Assembly: GCA_964270895.1 (NCBI GenBank)
Contig: OZ185441.1
Strand: one strand, 5' to 3'
From: Podarcis filfolensis
Taxonomy: Eukaryota
DNA length: 64,000 nucleotides
Shown: positions 12,124 through 25,786 of the stretch, piece after piece
Position numbering within the stretch: the stretch's first letter is position 1
Layout of the letters: each line of letters opens with the position of its first letter
Program-made: the position numbers and the translations under genes
Notes under the pieces: generated by a model
Database searches by the model: none
Told to the model about the DNA's origin: nothing
The model's input: the letters and a program-made list of their open reading frames with translations, nothing else

Positions 12124-13254
12124 TACTCATCAAACATAAGGTTTCTCTTAATTCAGGAAAGATGTCTTGAAAGAATGAAAGAGATAAGATGAACAAATTA
12201 AGGAAGGGGGAAAGAAATTAATTGCAACAAGCTCTCTTGCAAGGCCCTTTTTGACTCTTCCCGATCTTTGTTGCAAAGGAAATTGCTGCTAATCTTCACT
12301 GCACTTTGCATGACACTGATTTCAGAAAAGGTCATTTCTCAATAGTCACTTTTAAACAGACACACAGATGAAAATTCTGTTCTCACACAGTCAAAATTCT
12401 TTGGGGAAAATTATAAATATATACTGACCTATAAGCAGTGGTATGAGGAAGTGAGACTTTGAAGTGAGAAGGGGGGCAGGCAGGGAACTGGAACAGAAAG
12501 ATATATTAAGAAGAGTAGACTGCTCTTCTCTCATTGCTATAGTGGCTATGGAGCATGTCTGATATAATGCAGAACATCATTAACTGGAATGGCTCACTAT
12601 ACAAATTGTGGATGTTCATAGAAATTTTCATCAGGCAACATGGAAAGGGAGCAACATTTCAGATCTATATACACTGAACATGTTGAATAATAAGTGACTG
12701 ACGACATTTACATTTCTAAAAGAACTGCCAACTTTTCATTAATTTTTTAACGCATGGGGTGTGTTTCCCCAAGTTCCAGGCCCCCAAAGAACTAGGCCCT
12801 CCAGAAATCTGGGTCCTGGGACTTTTGCACCCTGTCGTCCCTCTCCTCAGGACTGTGGCTCAGTAGTACAACACACAGAAGATCACTTGATCATTCCCCA
12901 GCATCTTCAGGTAGAGAAAGGTGTCACCAGTCTGCATACCCTCCAATACTTTGAAGCCAAAAGCCAGGGCACCATCTTCCAGGATGCCATCTTCTAGTTT
13001 TTTTTTAATCACAAGATCACAGCAGCCATTTTGATTGTTGTGATCTTGAGCAATTTTGCACTGTGGCTCCCCCCCCCCCGTGCGCAAAGCACTTTTCTGG
13101 GCATGGCACCCAAAAGCATGCATTTGGGGCACTGTGTGAAATCTCAGCCCCCCAAAAAAGTGCTTTTTCAGGGGGAAATTGTGCTGTGAAATTATACAAG
13201 ATCATGGCAACCAAAATAGTTTCTGTGCTCTCATGAGAAAAAAAACCAGGCATG

Positions 13255-13730
13255 TCACCTCCCCCATTGTTCAGCCTGAACACTGAGGTCCAGCTCTGAG
13301 GACCTTCTGGTGGTTCCCTCACTGCGAGATGTGAGGTTACAGCATGCATTGGCAAACATGGTCCTCCAGATGTTTTGGGACTACAATTCCCATCATCCCT
13401 GACCACTGGTCCTGTTAGCTAGGGATGATGGGAGTTGTAGTCCCAGAACATCTGGAGGGCCGAGTTTGCCTATGCCTGGGTTGCAGGGAACCAGGCAGAG
13501 GGCCTTCTCGGTAGTGGTGCCCGCCCTGTGGAACACCCTCCCATCAGATGTCAAGTAAATAAATAACTATCTGACTTTTAGAAGACATCTGAAGGTATCC
13601 CTGTTTAGAGAAGTTTTTAATGTTTGATGTTTTACTCTGTGTTTAATCTGTTGGGAGGCACCCAAAGTGGCTGGGGAAACCCCGCCAGATGGGCGGGGTA
13701 TAAATAATAAAATATTATTATTCTTATTAT
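13255..13730 (+). mobile_element. L2-type LINE 3' fragment interrupted by a hAT MITE
   Basis: Continuous LINE 3' sequence on both sides of the MITE, ending gggcggggtataaataataaaatattatta. Confidence 0.8.
13343..13478. mobile_element. Palindromic hAT MITE
   Basis: TIRs catgcattggcaaac / gtttgcctatgcctg; 8-bp TSD ggttacag (13335-13342) / ggttgcag (13479-13486); internal inverted repeat ctacaattcccatcatccct / agggatgatgggagttgtag. Confidence 0.9.
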
Positions 13731-14990
13731 AAAATTACTATTGTAGTAGCCAGTCATTGTGGGCAATTCTGCATTAGAGCAATGATTTGCCTTGGTACAA
13801 GGCAGCTTCCTATGTTCCTAGAGTAAGTTCACATTTTCAGTCAAAACACTATCATAAAGGCAAATTAACTGTTACATTAAAGGAATTCTGATAAGATTTA
13901 CTTTGCATCGTATTCTCTCTGTTGAGAGAATTGTATACAAATATTTTCAGTGGATTTGTTCCATCAGTCAAGGTACACATTACTAACTTGATTTAAACAG
14001 AAATGTAGGGTTTAGGGGTAAAGGGGGATTCTTTCTTGTAGGTTACTGGAGAGGAAGGCTCCCATGTGGTGTGTTTGCATGGTACCTTCTAAGAGTAGAA
14101 CTAGAGTTATGTCTCAGAAGCATGATACTATTCCACTCCCCTGCCCAGCAGCAGAGCAAGCCAATTGGGCACCTGGGAGGGTGTGTGTGCCCTGTGCCCA
14201 GGGGTGGGGCTGGCCACCACGGGGTGGGGGGGGCGAGCTGGGGCAGGACACTCCACGGAGCCTCCGAGGAGTCTGCCTGCCTTCTCCCACTCAGCCGCCC
14301 TACAGCTGAGGGGGAGGCAGCGGGCAGACCGTTTGGGGCAGTGCGGAACCTGCGGGCACCCAAGCCACCATGTCACTCTCAGGAGAGATGCGTGGCCCGG
14401 GCGCGCTGTGGGCCCTGAGGTGAGTGCTGCCTGCCATTTTGTCACCTCTCTTAGTGGTGACAGCTGGGGAGGCCCACCCCATTCCTCTGCTCCTGCCTCT
14501 GCCCCTGCCCTCAATTAATTTGGTAGCAAAGAACATATAATAAAGAAGTCTCAAAGAAACACCAAGAATATCTTTTGCACTTCACTGAAGAGAACCATTG
14601 CTCATGAATTTAGGAAAGCATTTGCAACCTTTCTGGCATGTTTAAAAGTAGGCCAAAGCCATTTCTCTTACCTTTCCAGCCTTTTAGCTGGTATAATTGA
14701 GGGCTCTGAACTATTTTGTACTTCCCATGAAAGGCACTTTATAAAATGGGGTTGACTTTCTTTGTTCAGCCTTTAAGGGCTTTTAGCTCTAAATGCTCTT
14801 CTCATGATGCAGAGGACCATCTTAATTACTTAACACATTCTTGAGCAAGCCCTTTGAATAAGGTAAGTGTAAGAGTTACATTTTATCCTGGTACCCTTCG
14901 TCTATTGTTAATGGATAGTTCTTGTAAGATTACTGCATCATGGATTTTTTTGTATCTATGTCCCTATAGCTAACATATATCTATATAGTG

Positions 14991-14996
<6 letters not shown>

Positions 14997-15047
<51 letters not shown>
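14997..15047. repeat. (CT)n(CA)n microsatellite
   Basis: Direct reading. Confidence 0.9.
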
Positions 15048-18000
15048 CATTAGATTTGTGTGCTAAAATCTAATGATGAAGACCAATTAATTTTCAGTTT
15101 TTACTCCATATTGGAGTATGGTAGGGGTTCTCAGTCTTTCAGGACCTGGACATTTGGAAATCTAAGAAACTGTTGGAAGCACAACAAAATACCCGCTTCA
15201 GAAAGTAAAACTGGTGATGCTCAGATTCTCCCCCCCCAAAAAAAAGGTAACACCCCCTACCAAACAAATAAAACAAAGACAAAAAGTCACTCCCCACCAA
15301 AGCAGGCGATCCTGCTAACAAATAGAGGACAGCCCCCCCATTAAAAAATAGGGAGAGAAACAGGGCAATAAAGGGTTGTCTGAGGGCACTATGTTCCCCA
15401 TGGATGCAGTTTTGAAGACCCCAGGGCTTGACTCTAAGCTTTTCTCTTCACACTCAGTGTGATTTCTCCTGGTTATTCCTCTTCTTTATGAGCATGCATT
15501 TCTCTTTGCTCTTCTTAGGAAATATAATAAGCCCAGGTTGATGATGCCACACATTTCAGATCTGGAAGAAGTGCTAGAGAAGAGTAAGAGGAAATGAGAT
15601 GGGCTAAATTATAATAGCATAGCAACTTCATCTTGAGCAATCTACGGTCTGGGCTGCATCTAAAATACTGAAGAAAACTAGGCAAGTTATTTGGCAGCGC
15701 TGCCAGTGCTGGCAATGAGGGAATGTGTAATAGCATGTCTCATCTAGCAGGGGAATATCATGTTGTGAAATACAGGAAAACATTGCCTTTTCTTCCGTAG
15801 AAAGAGTGTCAGATGCTTGGGGAAGTGCTACAGTAGCTTTGGGCTATAGCAATCCCTCATCACATCACGCTGCATGCAATGGATCAATTGTGCGTTTTCC
15901 CCTTGCTGTATCAAAAGCTTGCCAGTTCAAGGGGAAAAAATAGGTAGGCAGAGGTGCCATTTAACCCACTGCCTGTCTGTAGAAGTTGTTTTTCTTTTGC
16001 TTCAGATTTACCCTCTCCAATGTGTTTTTCTCCCGGAAGGGAGAACAATAGGTGAGGCCCAGCAAATCCTTTTTTTAAAGAACCTACCTAGGGGTGTATC
16101 ACTTTGAAACAGCAAATGAAATACACCCATAGAAAAAGTTTTTCTTCTACTTGACCTGTTCAGTCCTGAAGACAGAAACCAACTTGTTCTACATCTATCC
16201 CAGGCATATAAATTTTTGTATTCCGGTTCTGAATGTGATTACAGTGGTGCACAATTGGATAACCCCATGTATGCTGCCTTCTTGGAGGAACAGGTGGGCT
16301 ACAAATGTGATAAAGTATTTCTGAAGAAGATATACTGACAATGCAGACTGCCAGGAATTGTGTTGATGGCTGCAGTCCAGAAAATGCTTACAAGCAGACA
16401 CCTATTGATTTCAGTAAGATTTATGAACTTGTATATAGTTACAGGATTTTCAGGCTGATACACAATTCAGTTAAGGTGAAGTACTGAGATTTAGTGTGAG
16501 TAAGTGCTGTTGAAATCAATGGCTTCAATTCAAGGATTTCAGGTGAGCAGGGTTGTTGCTTATGCTGCCTGCATTCATTTATTTATTTATTCAGGTATAG
16601 TGATGGGCAAACCCCATTGTGGTTTGATTCAGAATGGCCTCCACTAAAATGAGTTTTTTGCACCCTAAAAAAGGCAAGCTCTGTTCCACAATTTGGACAC
16701 TTCAGGTGACAGTCCGATTGCTTCCTCCAGTGCCTTGTAGCCTCTGAATGCTGCCTCACCCTTTCCCCAAAAACTGGCTTGGTAGAAATGGTGTTAGCAG
16801 TGGCAGGATTTAAGTGCCTAAATTCAAATTTATGGACTGTTTAAGTTCAAAAAAGGTGATGGTGATGATCAAGTCAGACAGAGACAAATTCCCAACAGTA
16901 TTTTTATGAAGAACAGCAGGCCTATTAAGGACACACTCTAGAAAGCAAAAGCTTACAAATTGATTCTATAAATATTTTATTTTAGAGCATATCAATATTT
17001 AAGACACATCCTTTGAAAACTGTTTCTTGTCAGGCAATGAGTAAAAAGAAAAAGCATCATCCTTAATATAAAGACCAAATTCAGTTTCAAGTTTCCATGT
17101 CTTGCTCTTATCACTGATAAAGTGCTTACATAGCCCTGAAGTGCTGCATAAAAAATACCCTTTTCAAAGAGCTATTGATAAGGTTTTACTATCACTAGTT
17201 TTATAAAGAAACGTATGTCTGTAGCAGTATTGAGATTCTTGTGTGCCTGCACACAGTGATTAGCCAAAAACACTTGGCCTAATAAACCTGTGTGTGCCAG
17301 TCCAATTTTCCTACCTCATTCATCCCCTGGTGCCAATGGATACGTAATGCAGCTTAGCAAGGCATCTGTACCCATGGTTTCTTCTAACCTGACATGGGAA
17401 GATTACTGGTCCAGATTTATTGTTGGTTTATGAATCCTGACTTGCTAAGGAGAAACAAGCCACTATTCCAGATTCAGAGGTTGTGCTTGTGCACAGTATG
17501 GGTTACAAAGTCAGAATTCTTGACTTATTAACATCATTATAAATGCAGCTTATGGATGCCACTTTGAGCTCCTTGACGGTAGGGCAGTATCAAATGCTAC
17601 CAATAACTGATCCTCCTTTGCTTCTCAGAAATCAAAATTGCATGTTATTTTGGGACCTGGGTTGGGAATAGCCACTGAGCTGTGCACATGTAATACATAA
17701 ATATCTGAAGGGATGCTTAGTTGAATTTTCAGATCCTAAGACATTTCTAATACAAGTGAAAAAATGGTAGGTGTTAAGAGATTCTGGCAGATGCTGTTAT
17801 GCGCCACTTGTCAGCTGCTGAGCTGGTGTATAGCTGAGGAGTGATAGTGGTGGTCGATGGAGATGCTGAGAATGTCCTTTGAGAGATAAAAGGGCAATAT
17901 CCAGACTATTCCCCTTTGGTCTCAGCAGGGAGAAGGGTAAGGAGAGTGATGGGAGGGGCAGAGGGGAGATACAGAAGAAGCAAAGAAAGCAGAGCAGCTT

Positions 18001-18488
18001 GGAGGGCAAAGAGAGATTAATAAGGGAAGGCACAATTACAGAGGAGAGAGATGAGCTACAAAAGAAATTTGTGCTGCCTCAGCAATAACAAGGAAATAAA
18101 ATAAAATAAAAGGGAAATAAAATATCCCTGTGGGCTAGCCAAAGAGAGATAGATGGGTGAAAAGGGAAGTGAAAGACTCTCCTGTACTAGGGGAGCCAGG
18201 AGAAGAAAACATTGCATCTGAAACAAAATACATAGAGCAGAATCCTGTGAAGAAAGGAGCAATGGAACTCTTTGAGTAAATTTTTCACCAGAGGTCTCTG
18301 GGAGAAGAAGGGGCCACCTTAAGGTTTTGAGGACTCTTGGGGGAAAAGGCTGGGATGGAGCTGAAACTGTGCACTGGGTCACTGAGGGCCTAATTTTAGC
18401 TATTAAAGGACAATAGCCTTTGGTCAACTATAGCAACTGTGAATTTGCCTCCTCTGTCAAGTTATCATACCTATCTAAGTTAAAAAAG

Positions 18489-18854
18489 GGGATGCGGGTG
18501 GCGCTGTGGTCTAAACCACTGAGCCTCTTGGGCTTGCTGATCGGAAGGTTGGTGGTTCGAATCTCCGTTGCTCTGTCCCAGTTCCTGCTAACCTAGCAGC
18601 TCGAAAGTACTCCAGTGCAAGTAGATAAATAGGTACCGGTGCGGTGAGAAGGTATTTAGCGTTTCTGTGTGCTCTGGGTTGCCTCACACTGTTCTGTTGT
18701 GCCAGAAGCGGCTTAAGTCATGCTGGCCACATGACTCAGAAAGCTGTCTGTGCACAAATGCCGGCTCACTCAGCCTGAAAGCAAGATGAGCGCCACAACC
18801 CCATAGTCGCCTTTGACTGGACTTAACCGTCCAGGGGTCCTTTATCTTTTACTT
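18489..18854 (+). mobile_element. Sauria SINE, full length
   Basis: Head gggatgcgggtggcgctgtggtctaaacc, B-box ggttcgaatc, tail ggggtcctttatctttt; 12-bp TSD tacctatctaag at 18468-18479 and 18855-18866. Confidence 0.92.
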
Positions 18855-19739
18855 TACCTATCTAAGGTATCATTAAAATACACACTAGCATGTGTATGTG
18901 TGTGAAATTCAATAATAAAATCTCTATTATCAGAGCCAAATTACACAACACATAGGACCATGTCTTATGTAATTTGGTCCTGATGCTAGAGATTTTATGG
19001 GATTTCTCTCTTGGTGGAATCCCCCCACCCCAATGAATTCCTTGCAGATTGAATACAGATTTAATTTTGAAAAAGTGGCCATGTGTATTTTGTGCAGTTT
19101 CTCCTCCTCCCCCCCCCCAAAAAAAATAATTCCAGCTACGGTCATACGTTTAATAAAAATCTATGCTGAATGCTGAAAACAACTTTTCAAAGGAAAGAGC
19201 TGGTGTTGCCGAGACCTATTTATAGAATGGCACTCTTCTTCATCTTTAACAAATTGAAAACAGCCGGGAGGTTGGTATGATGCTGATCCGCAAAGGCCAA
19301 CCAAAAGGCCACTGTAAGTTGTAAACAGTGAAGCCTGACTCGCTGGATAAAGCTGTTTTAATTTCCTGTACATTTGAATGGGCATGCACTGGCATAAAGC
19401 AGGAACATTAAAGTCCACTTTCTGATAACAAGTGCTTGGTTAATAACAAAATGGTTATGTGGATGTTGTATTAGTTTACTGCAGACAATGAATGTGCATG
19501 GTTGGGATGAAAATCATAGACTGGCGTTTGGGTGAACTTTACATGCACAAAGGACACTTTTCCTTAGCTAGTAGAGGAGCAGAGAAAGCAAACTCCAAGT
19601 AGTGATATTTTTTCGAGATTGAATAGCATGATCACAGCCAAGCCATGTTTCAGCCTCAGCTGAATGATGGCATCAAATATTTAGAATAAACCTATGTTAT
19701 GGTATAACATATGGAATAGATATAACAAAAGGCCAAATA

Positions 19740-20260
19740 AAGCAAATAAGGGAGATTTTTGACTGTCGGTAGAGAAAGCAGTGCATTATCAAGGGATAAC
19801 TAATGGAAAACCCACAAGATATAAATTAAAATAATAACAAATTAAAGGAATGTCAATCACTTATGGCATAGTGGTAGAAATTATATCTATCCTTTGCGGG
19901 GAGAATAACTGCAGCTAAAATGACAGCCATGTCAAAAACTAACCTTTTATTTCACTACCTGCCAATGAGATTAGCAACATATCAATTGAACATTTGGCAA
20001 AAAAGTTTATTAAAATTTATTTGGAATGATAAAAAATGGAAGTTGAAAGGCAAAATCCTGTATGATGAGGAAGAAAAAATTAGGTTTAGGTTTCATGATC
20101 TTGTGGTAGAAGGTTCCATGATCTCATACTCAGAAGCAAGAAAGATGTTGCTTTACGGACTTGGGCACCTCAGAGACAAATGAAACATTCAGCCTGAACA
20201 AAAGTGACATGTTTAAATGCTCTTTTGAGACCAAAAATGGTTATCCCCTAAAAATAAATA
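19740..20260 (+). mobile_element. Ancient L1 ORF2 fragment
   Basis: ORF 19920-20183 SKTNLLFHYLPM..IWQKSLLKFIWNDKKWKLKGKILYD aligns by eye with PRMLFLFQSL..KWQRDISRFVWQGKKPRIKFKILTD of the young L1s. Confidence 0.7.
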
Positions 20261-21781
20261 TTTTGAATCAGAAACATTTTGTTTGTTTATTTATTTATTA
20301 TTAAATTTATACTCTATCCTTCCTTCCAAAGTTGCCCAGTTGGTAAACACATGGTTTACCATGATAATACAGTTAAACATGCTGATAATAATGGACAAAA
20401 ATCAATTTTGCTAACACCCTTGGAGGTAATTTCTTATTTAATATATTAAGGTGTTGTCTCTCCATGCAACCTGCTGTCAGGCCTCACACAATGTGTGCAG
20501 AAGACCCTATAATATAATAGAGATATAAAAGGCTCACACAGCTGGAAGGAACTAGAAAATCATCAAATGCAACCTTCAACCCCAAGGCAGCTTCCTCCAG
20601 TTTTTATTCATCTTTCTTCAAAACACCAAGCAATCAATTTTTCAAACTTATGTACATCCACCTTCCAGCATGGATTTCAAAAAATACGGTGGGGGAGGAA
20701 GAAAATGAAAGCCAAAAATGAAAGATAGCATAGCTTTTTATTGCTTATTTTTGTGGTTTGGGGAGTCAGTTCTTTCCCCCTGTTTTTGTTGACAGAAGCT
20801 CTGAGCTTGTTAGTTCTGTAAAACTGGCTATGGTTGGTCACAACACTATTCTGCACTGAGAATAAAAGAGGATGTTTCAGATTTTAAACCTTTAGCATAT
20901 TCTCTCCTCTGTGTACATACTTAGATATAAATATTTTTGAATTGCCCCCAAACAAACAAACCAGAATTCTGGTCAAATATTGCATTTCTAGCATTTCCTG
21001 GTCTTGATTTTTAAGAAAATTCTGACAGAAGGTTCGAAAAAGGGAACCACCGCAAATTGTAAACTGCATTAATGCAACTTGTGGATGTAAATGCCACTAG
21101 GAATGAATATTGAAATTATATTTATCATCTCTTTTGGCAAATCATCATTTGGTGCTTTGGTAGCCTGGGTTGTCATCAAAGTTGCTTTCACTTAATTATT
21201 AGGACTTCTTGTTGCTTTGCAGTTGGACATGTGCATACACTTAAGGAAAGGAGAACACAAAACACACTAGCACACAGAGGAGAAGCACTGCCAAGTTGTG
21301 GAGGAAAACAAGGAGAATAAATGCCACATAGTCATGAGGAACATTAAAGGCTTTTTTCCATTTGAGCAAAACATCTGACATCATGTATGTTTACTAAGCG
21401 GATTTTGAATGAAAATTAATGGGGCTTTACATAAGCAATACTTCTGAAAAGCAGAAATTCAGCTAATATGCTGCGTGTTCGTCACTGATATATATAAATT
21501 ACAGCTGCGTACTTGAATGAAATAAAACTCAAAATGAAAATTCAACTGTTTGATTCTTCAGCAATTCATGCTAGACAGAACGTTCTGCTTCTTTTGTCTT
21601 AAGAAAGTGAACTCTTTTGCTGGTAGGATTCAAGCACATACTGGAAACTGAGGTGTCCACAATTACAGTGCCCTGTCCCCCCTTGCAATAAATCCACTAA
21701 AAAACAACAGTAGACTTTCTGTGGTTAGGAAAATAATGGAATGAGTGGAATGAATGAATGATTAATGGCATGACATCAGCA

Positions 21782-21817
21782 GGATAGCTCAGCTAGTTAG
21801 AGCATGGTGCTGATAAC
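21782..21817 (+). mobile_element. tRNA-derived SINE head fragment
   Basis: ggatagctcagctagttagagcatggtgctgataac is an A-box-containing tRNA-like 5' half; no 3' half present. Confidence 0.6.
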
Positions 21818-22295
21818 ATCAGTGATGGTTGGTGCCCACTGGGACTGGCAAGGCAGAAGGAAAGGAGACCAGCAGCAGGTGGAGCCAGAGCCAATGACAG
21901 CAGAGGCAATTCTTTCTACTTTCGTTCCATCCGCCTCGATGCTGAATTGTACAGTGGCACTGAAGTAGCACTGAAACAACTGAGATGGAAGTTGAAAGGC
22001 AGTGCCAGCACCCAGACTGGCTGTAAATAAGAAGGCAGGCAGGCACGCGGGGTTCTGGCTGAGGTTGGGAGGGCAGTGCCCCACTTGTTCAAATAGATCG
22101 GCCTCCACTAGATGACGTATAAATATCTCACAGGCATATAGCCACCTTGAAAACGAGTTAGAATGAACTATGTCAAGCCTGGACATAGTCTAACTTCCAC
22201 ATAAGTGCAACAGGATGAATGCACAATATTGCACAACAGGTAATCTGGAGGAGTCCTTTGTATCTTGTTGTGAGCTTCCTTCTGTGTGTATATAA

Positions 22296-22644
22296 AAAGG
22301 TAAATGGACCCCTGACCATTAGGTTGAGTCGTGGACGACTCTGGGGTTGCGGCGCTCATCTTGCTTTACTGGCCGAGGGAGCCGGCGTACAGCTTCCGGG
22401 TCATGGGGCCAGCATGACTAAGGCGTTTCTGGCAAAACCAGAGCAGCACACGGAAATGCCATTTACCTTCCCGCCAGAGCGGTACCTATTTATCTACTTG
22501 CACTTCATGCTTTTGAACTGCTAGGTTGGCAGGAGCTGGGACCGAGCAACAGGAGCTCACCCTGTTGCGGGGATTTGAATCGCCGACCTTCTGATCAGCA
22601 ACCCTAGACTCTGTGGTTTAACCCACAGCGCCACCCATGTCCCT
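22296..22644 (-). mobile_element. Sauria SINE
   Basis: Reverse-complement homologous to 18489-18854 and colinear with 53183-53533. Confidence 0.9.
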
Positions 22645-24432
22645 CTGTGGATACAGAGATGCACAAACTTTTGAGTGATCTTAGAACAGCTTTAAGGGCT
22701 GATTCACACTTGACAAACATTGTACACGGCTTTGTGGGAAACCACATATAAGCTATAGTAGGTGACAAACCTGTAGCCAAATAGAAGGCTGTAAGCCAGT
22801 CATGAGTGGTTCTGCAGTTTTCCTACATGCAAATGAGATTTGCATGGGACACAATCCTGTGCTGTGGCCCAAACTCCCGGCGGCCTGTAAGTGTAGTTCA
22901 AATATTTGTATTTGCTTCCAAACTGCAGCCTAGTCACAAAACTGTTTTTTTCATCTTCAGCAAAACAGTAAATGTTTGAATTCTTTTGCAACATATTGTT
23001 GTTCCTCACTGCAACATAGATTCTCTGAGTCCCAGTTAATTTGGAGTTCAATAGTATGGCCAATTCTCAATATGCAGTAGTGGTCCTTTAGTTATAGCAC
23101 TAAACATCCAATCCCTTTCCAGAGGCCAAAGATCTGTTCATAAGCATCTTACCGGGTTTTGTTTTGCTGGAAAAGACTTTGGGGTTGCAATTATGTCTAC
23201 TCTGCAGTCTGTTTATATTTAGAGAAGCTACAGCTTCGGCAAGATTCACATGATGGCAGCTGGCATGCAAACCAGAGTTCACAACTGTCTTACTGGTGCC
23301 CACAGTGCCTTTGCAAATGGACCCAGGCCCCCGTGTTGCAAAGCCCATTGTACGGCATAAGTATATTTCCACTTGCCTCTGCACTTTGTACATTATTTCC
23401 CATGATAGTCTCAGTAAACTCTTTCCTTCTTTATGCACCAGTGCATTCACATTGTGGTGCTATGACTTTTTGCAGACTTCTCACTGAAATTACTGAGATG
23501 GCTGACTGTATACTGAATACACGTAAGTTTTGCGCAAGACACTGCATGCCATCAAATTTCCCTTCAGTGCCAGAAGCTAGCTATATTATTTCTCTCATGC
23601 AGGTCAAAACTTTTATTTGTCTTCGGACACAGTGGCTCATTAAGGCTGGAATCCAAAACAGAGGAAGTAAACTCCCTTGAATACAATGGCACTTACGTCT
23701 GAGTAAACATGCATGTGATTGCACACTTAGCACCTCTTATAAAGGAGAGAGACAGAGAAGCAAATTCTTTGTGGTTTCATTACTCAGTGGGAGGATTCTA
23801 AAATATTGTGGGGTTAATGGGGGATCTAAAAATTTGTGGGGATCATGGTTCGGTAATGATCCCAGCTCTCCAACTTATAAGTGAACAGTTCTCAGAGTTT
23901 CCTTATAATAACTGTGTGGGCAGAATTGTGCCGACAGGTTACTGATAGAGACTCTGTAGCCAAGAAACTCGCCTGCTTGCCTGCCTGCCTGCCTCCATCC
24001 CTGAGGATGACAAATGTTTATTGACAAGGGGGTAGCAATGGAAGCCATATACGTATACCCAGAGGGCATTTTTGTGGCATCTCCAATTCTCATTAAAAAT
24101 GAAATGGATCCCCAGCAACCAACCTATGAATTCTCTTTTTCGTTTCCAGGAAAAAATAATGGATGCCAGCATTTCTGCTCCATGAGCTTCCTAGCTCTAG
24201 AAACCAATCCCTATCCATTTTAAACATGATTGACAGTTGATGTCTTAGATGGCACCAAGTAATTGTGATTGTTTCTATGCTCTAGGTGAGAGAGGGAGGG
24301 AGGAGACGATGTCTTTGCCTAGCTAAGCAAATATAGCATATTTCCAACTTTCCACTGCAGGCCAATCAGTGATTGCTTCTGCAACAAGTCAAAGATACTG
24401 GGCACTTATTATTAAGGCAGGAGACTCAGGGG

Positions 24433-24947
24433 TGTGACGTGCTTGGACAGAACAGGGGGATTTAGAGGGGTAGGTGCATTTGGCACTGTCTTCCAGGGGA
24501 TACCCAAACAAGGAGACTTGGCCCCTTAGATGGAGTGCCTACCTGGAACAGGGACTCATGCAAGAAGCTGGGCACTCTCTGACTCTGCTTAAGAGCTGGG
24601 TGAATAGGAGGGAAAACTCACTGGAAAAACGCCAAAGCTCCCACATAGTCTTGGAACTCTTATTACTAATCTCGGACTTCTGAACCTTGGCCCTTCCAGC
24701 TGGACTGAACTTACAACAGTTGCTCCTTTGCCTTGTAAGAGTGCCTGAACTAAACACTGCTCTTTCCTAGCCCCAGAGTTCTTACTGTTAGACTGCTATA
24801 ACCAAAAAAACACTTCTTAACTTCTTTACTTGCAAGTGAGTACATGTGCCATTGGGTTTGGGTAGAAGCCAGGACAGGAAGTGACCACAATAACTGTTCT
24901 AGGGGTTCCTCCCAACCCCCTGGAGCAGATTTGGGGAGGGCGTGAGA
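24433..24947 (+). mobile_element. Putative degenerate solo LTR
   Basis: Starts TGTGACG, ends gcgtgaga (probably a mutated ..GACA); near-TSD agggg/agagg; about 515 bp. Confidence 0.4.
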
Positions 24948-25786
24948 AGAGGGGGGAAGTCTCAACACCCAAGCAGAAATCCTTACACTGATAGGGCAGG
25001 CTAGTTGAGTACTGCCCTAAAGCTACAAGCTTATACCCACTTAGCTAGGGATAAACTCCATGAGGCTTACTTTTGAGCACATGTGTACAGAATTGCACTG
25101 CATGTGAACTAAAATGTGCTTCTTTGGCGCCATTCCATTGAAGTAATTTTTCATTTTTGTTATGTGATCACGTGAAGACGAAGAAAAGTTTTCCAGAGTT
25201 GGAAATAGCCTACATAATCTAATTTTAACAAAATTCACAGCTGCCAAGATATTTTCCACCTGCTTTCATTGTATCACTATGTTAAGATATAGATATTTCT
25301 GATAATGTAGAAGATAGTGCTGATGCCATCTGTTTTTCTATTGTTTCATTTAAAATGTCTAAGAACGTTTATTATGTTGACAGACTAAAAAAATCGCACA
25401 CAAATTATTACATTCTATTCGGTTATTTAGGCAATTTGCAAGAGCTAAAAGAGAGAGAGAGAGAGAGAGAAGGAAGGAAGGGGGAGACAAGGGTCTATTA
25501 TGTAACTCATTAGACTATAAAGTATAATTTAAAAGCAATTTGCTGAGCATTTATGTTCTCCCATCATCAAAAACAATTTATTCTGTTCTAAGATTCACCT
25601 CTTACATATAGTTGAAATAAGGATGTGTCCTTAGGGAGCAGGTAAAATCAAGAATGGAGCCTGTTTCTGGCTTTACCTTTAGCTTATGCATCTGTGGTCA
25701 AAGGTGTGTGGGGTAGTTTGTATTTCCTTCAAGGAAAAAGCTGGGGGGGGGATGAAGAAGTACCTTTTCCATGATGAAGGAATGGA

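Noticed and set aside
14043-14554. Stack of overlapping GC-rich ORFs or possible CpG-island promoter
   Set aside because: ORFs in nearly all frames reflect GC content; probably an old GC-rich repeat, and I could not define its ends or family.
17795-18450. Possible fourth member of the acidic/basic LTR-ORF class (starts TGTTATG; LSCTRGARRRK)
   Set aside because: No terminal CA with a matching TSD found, and the motif match is too weak.
21782-21860. tRNA gene
   Set aside because: Only the 5' half is present, with no T-arm/B-box or acceptor stem; it is a SINE head relic.
23159-23680. 173-aa ORF
   Set aside because: No recognisable domain, Cys/Leu-rich random composition, overlapping ORFs on both strands and no convincing splice context.
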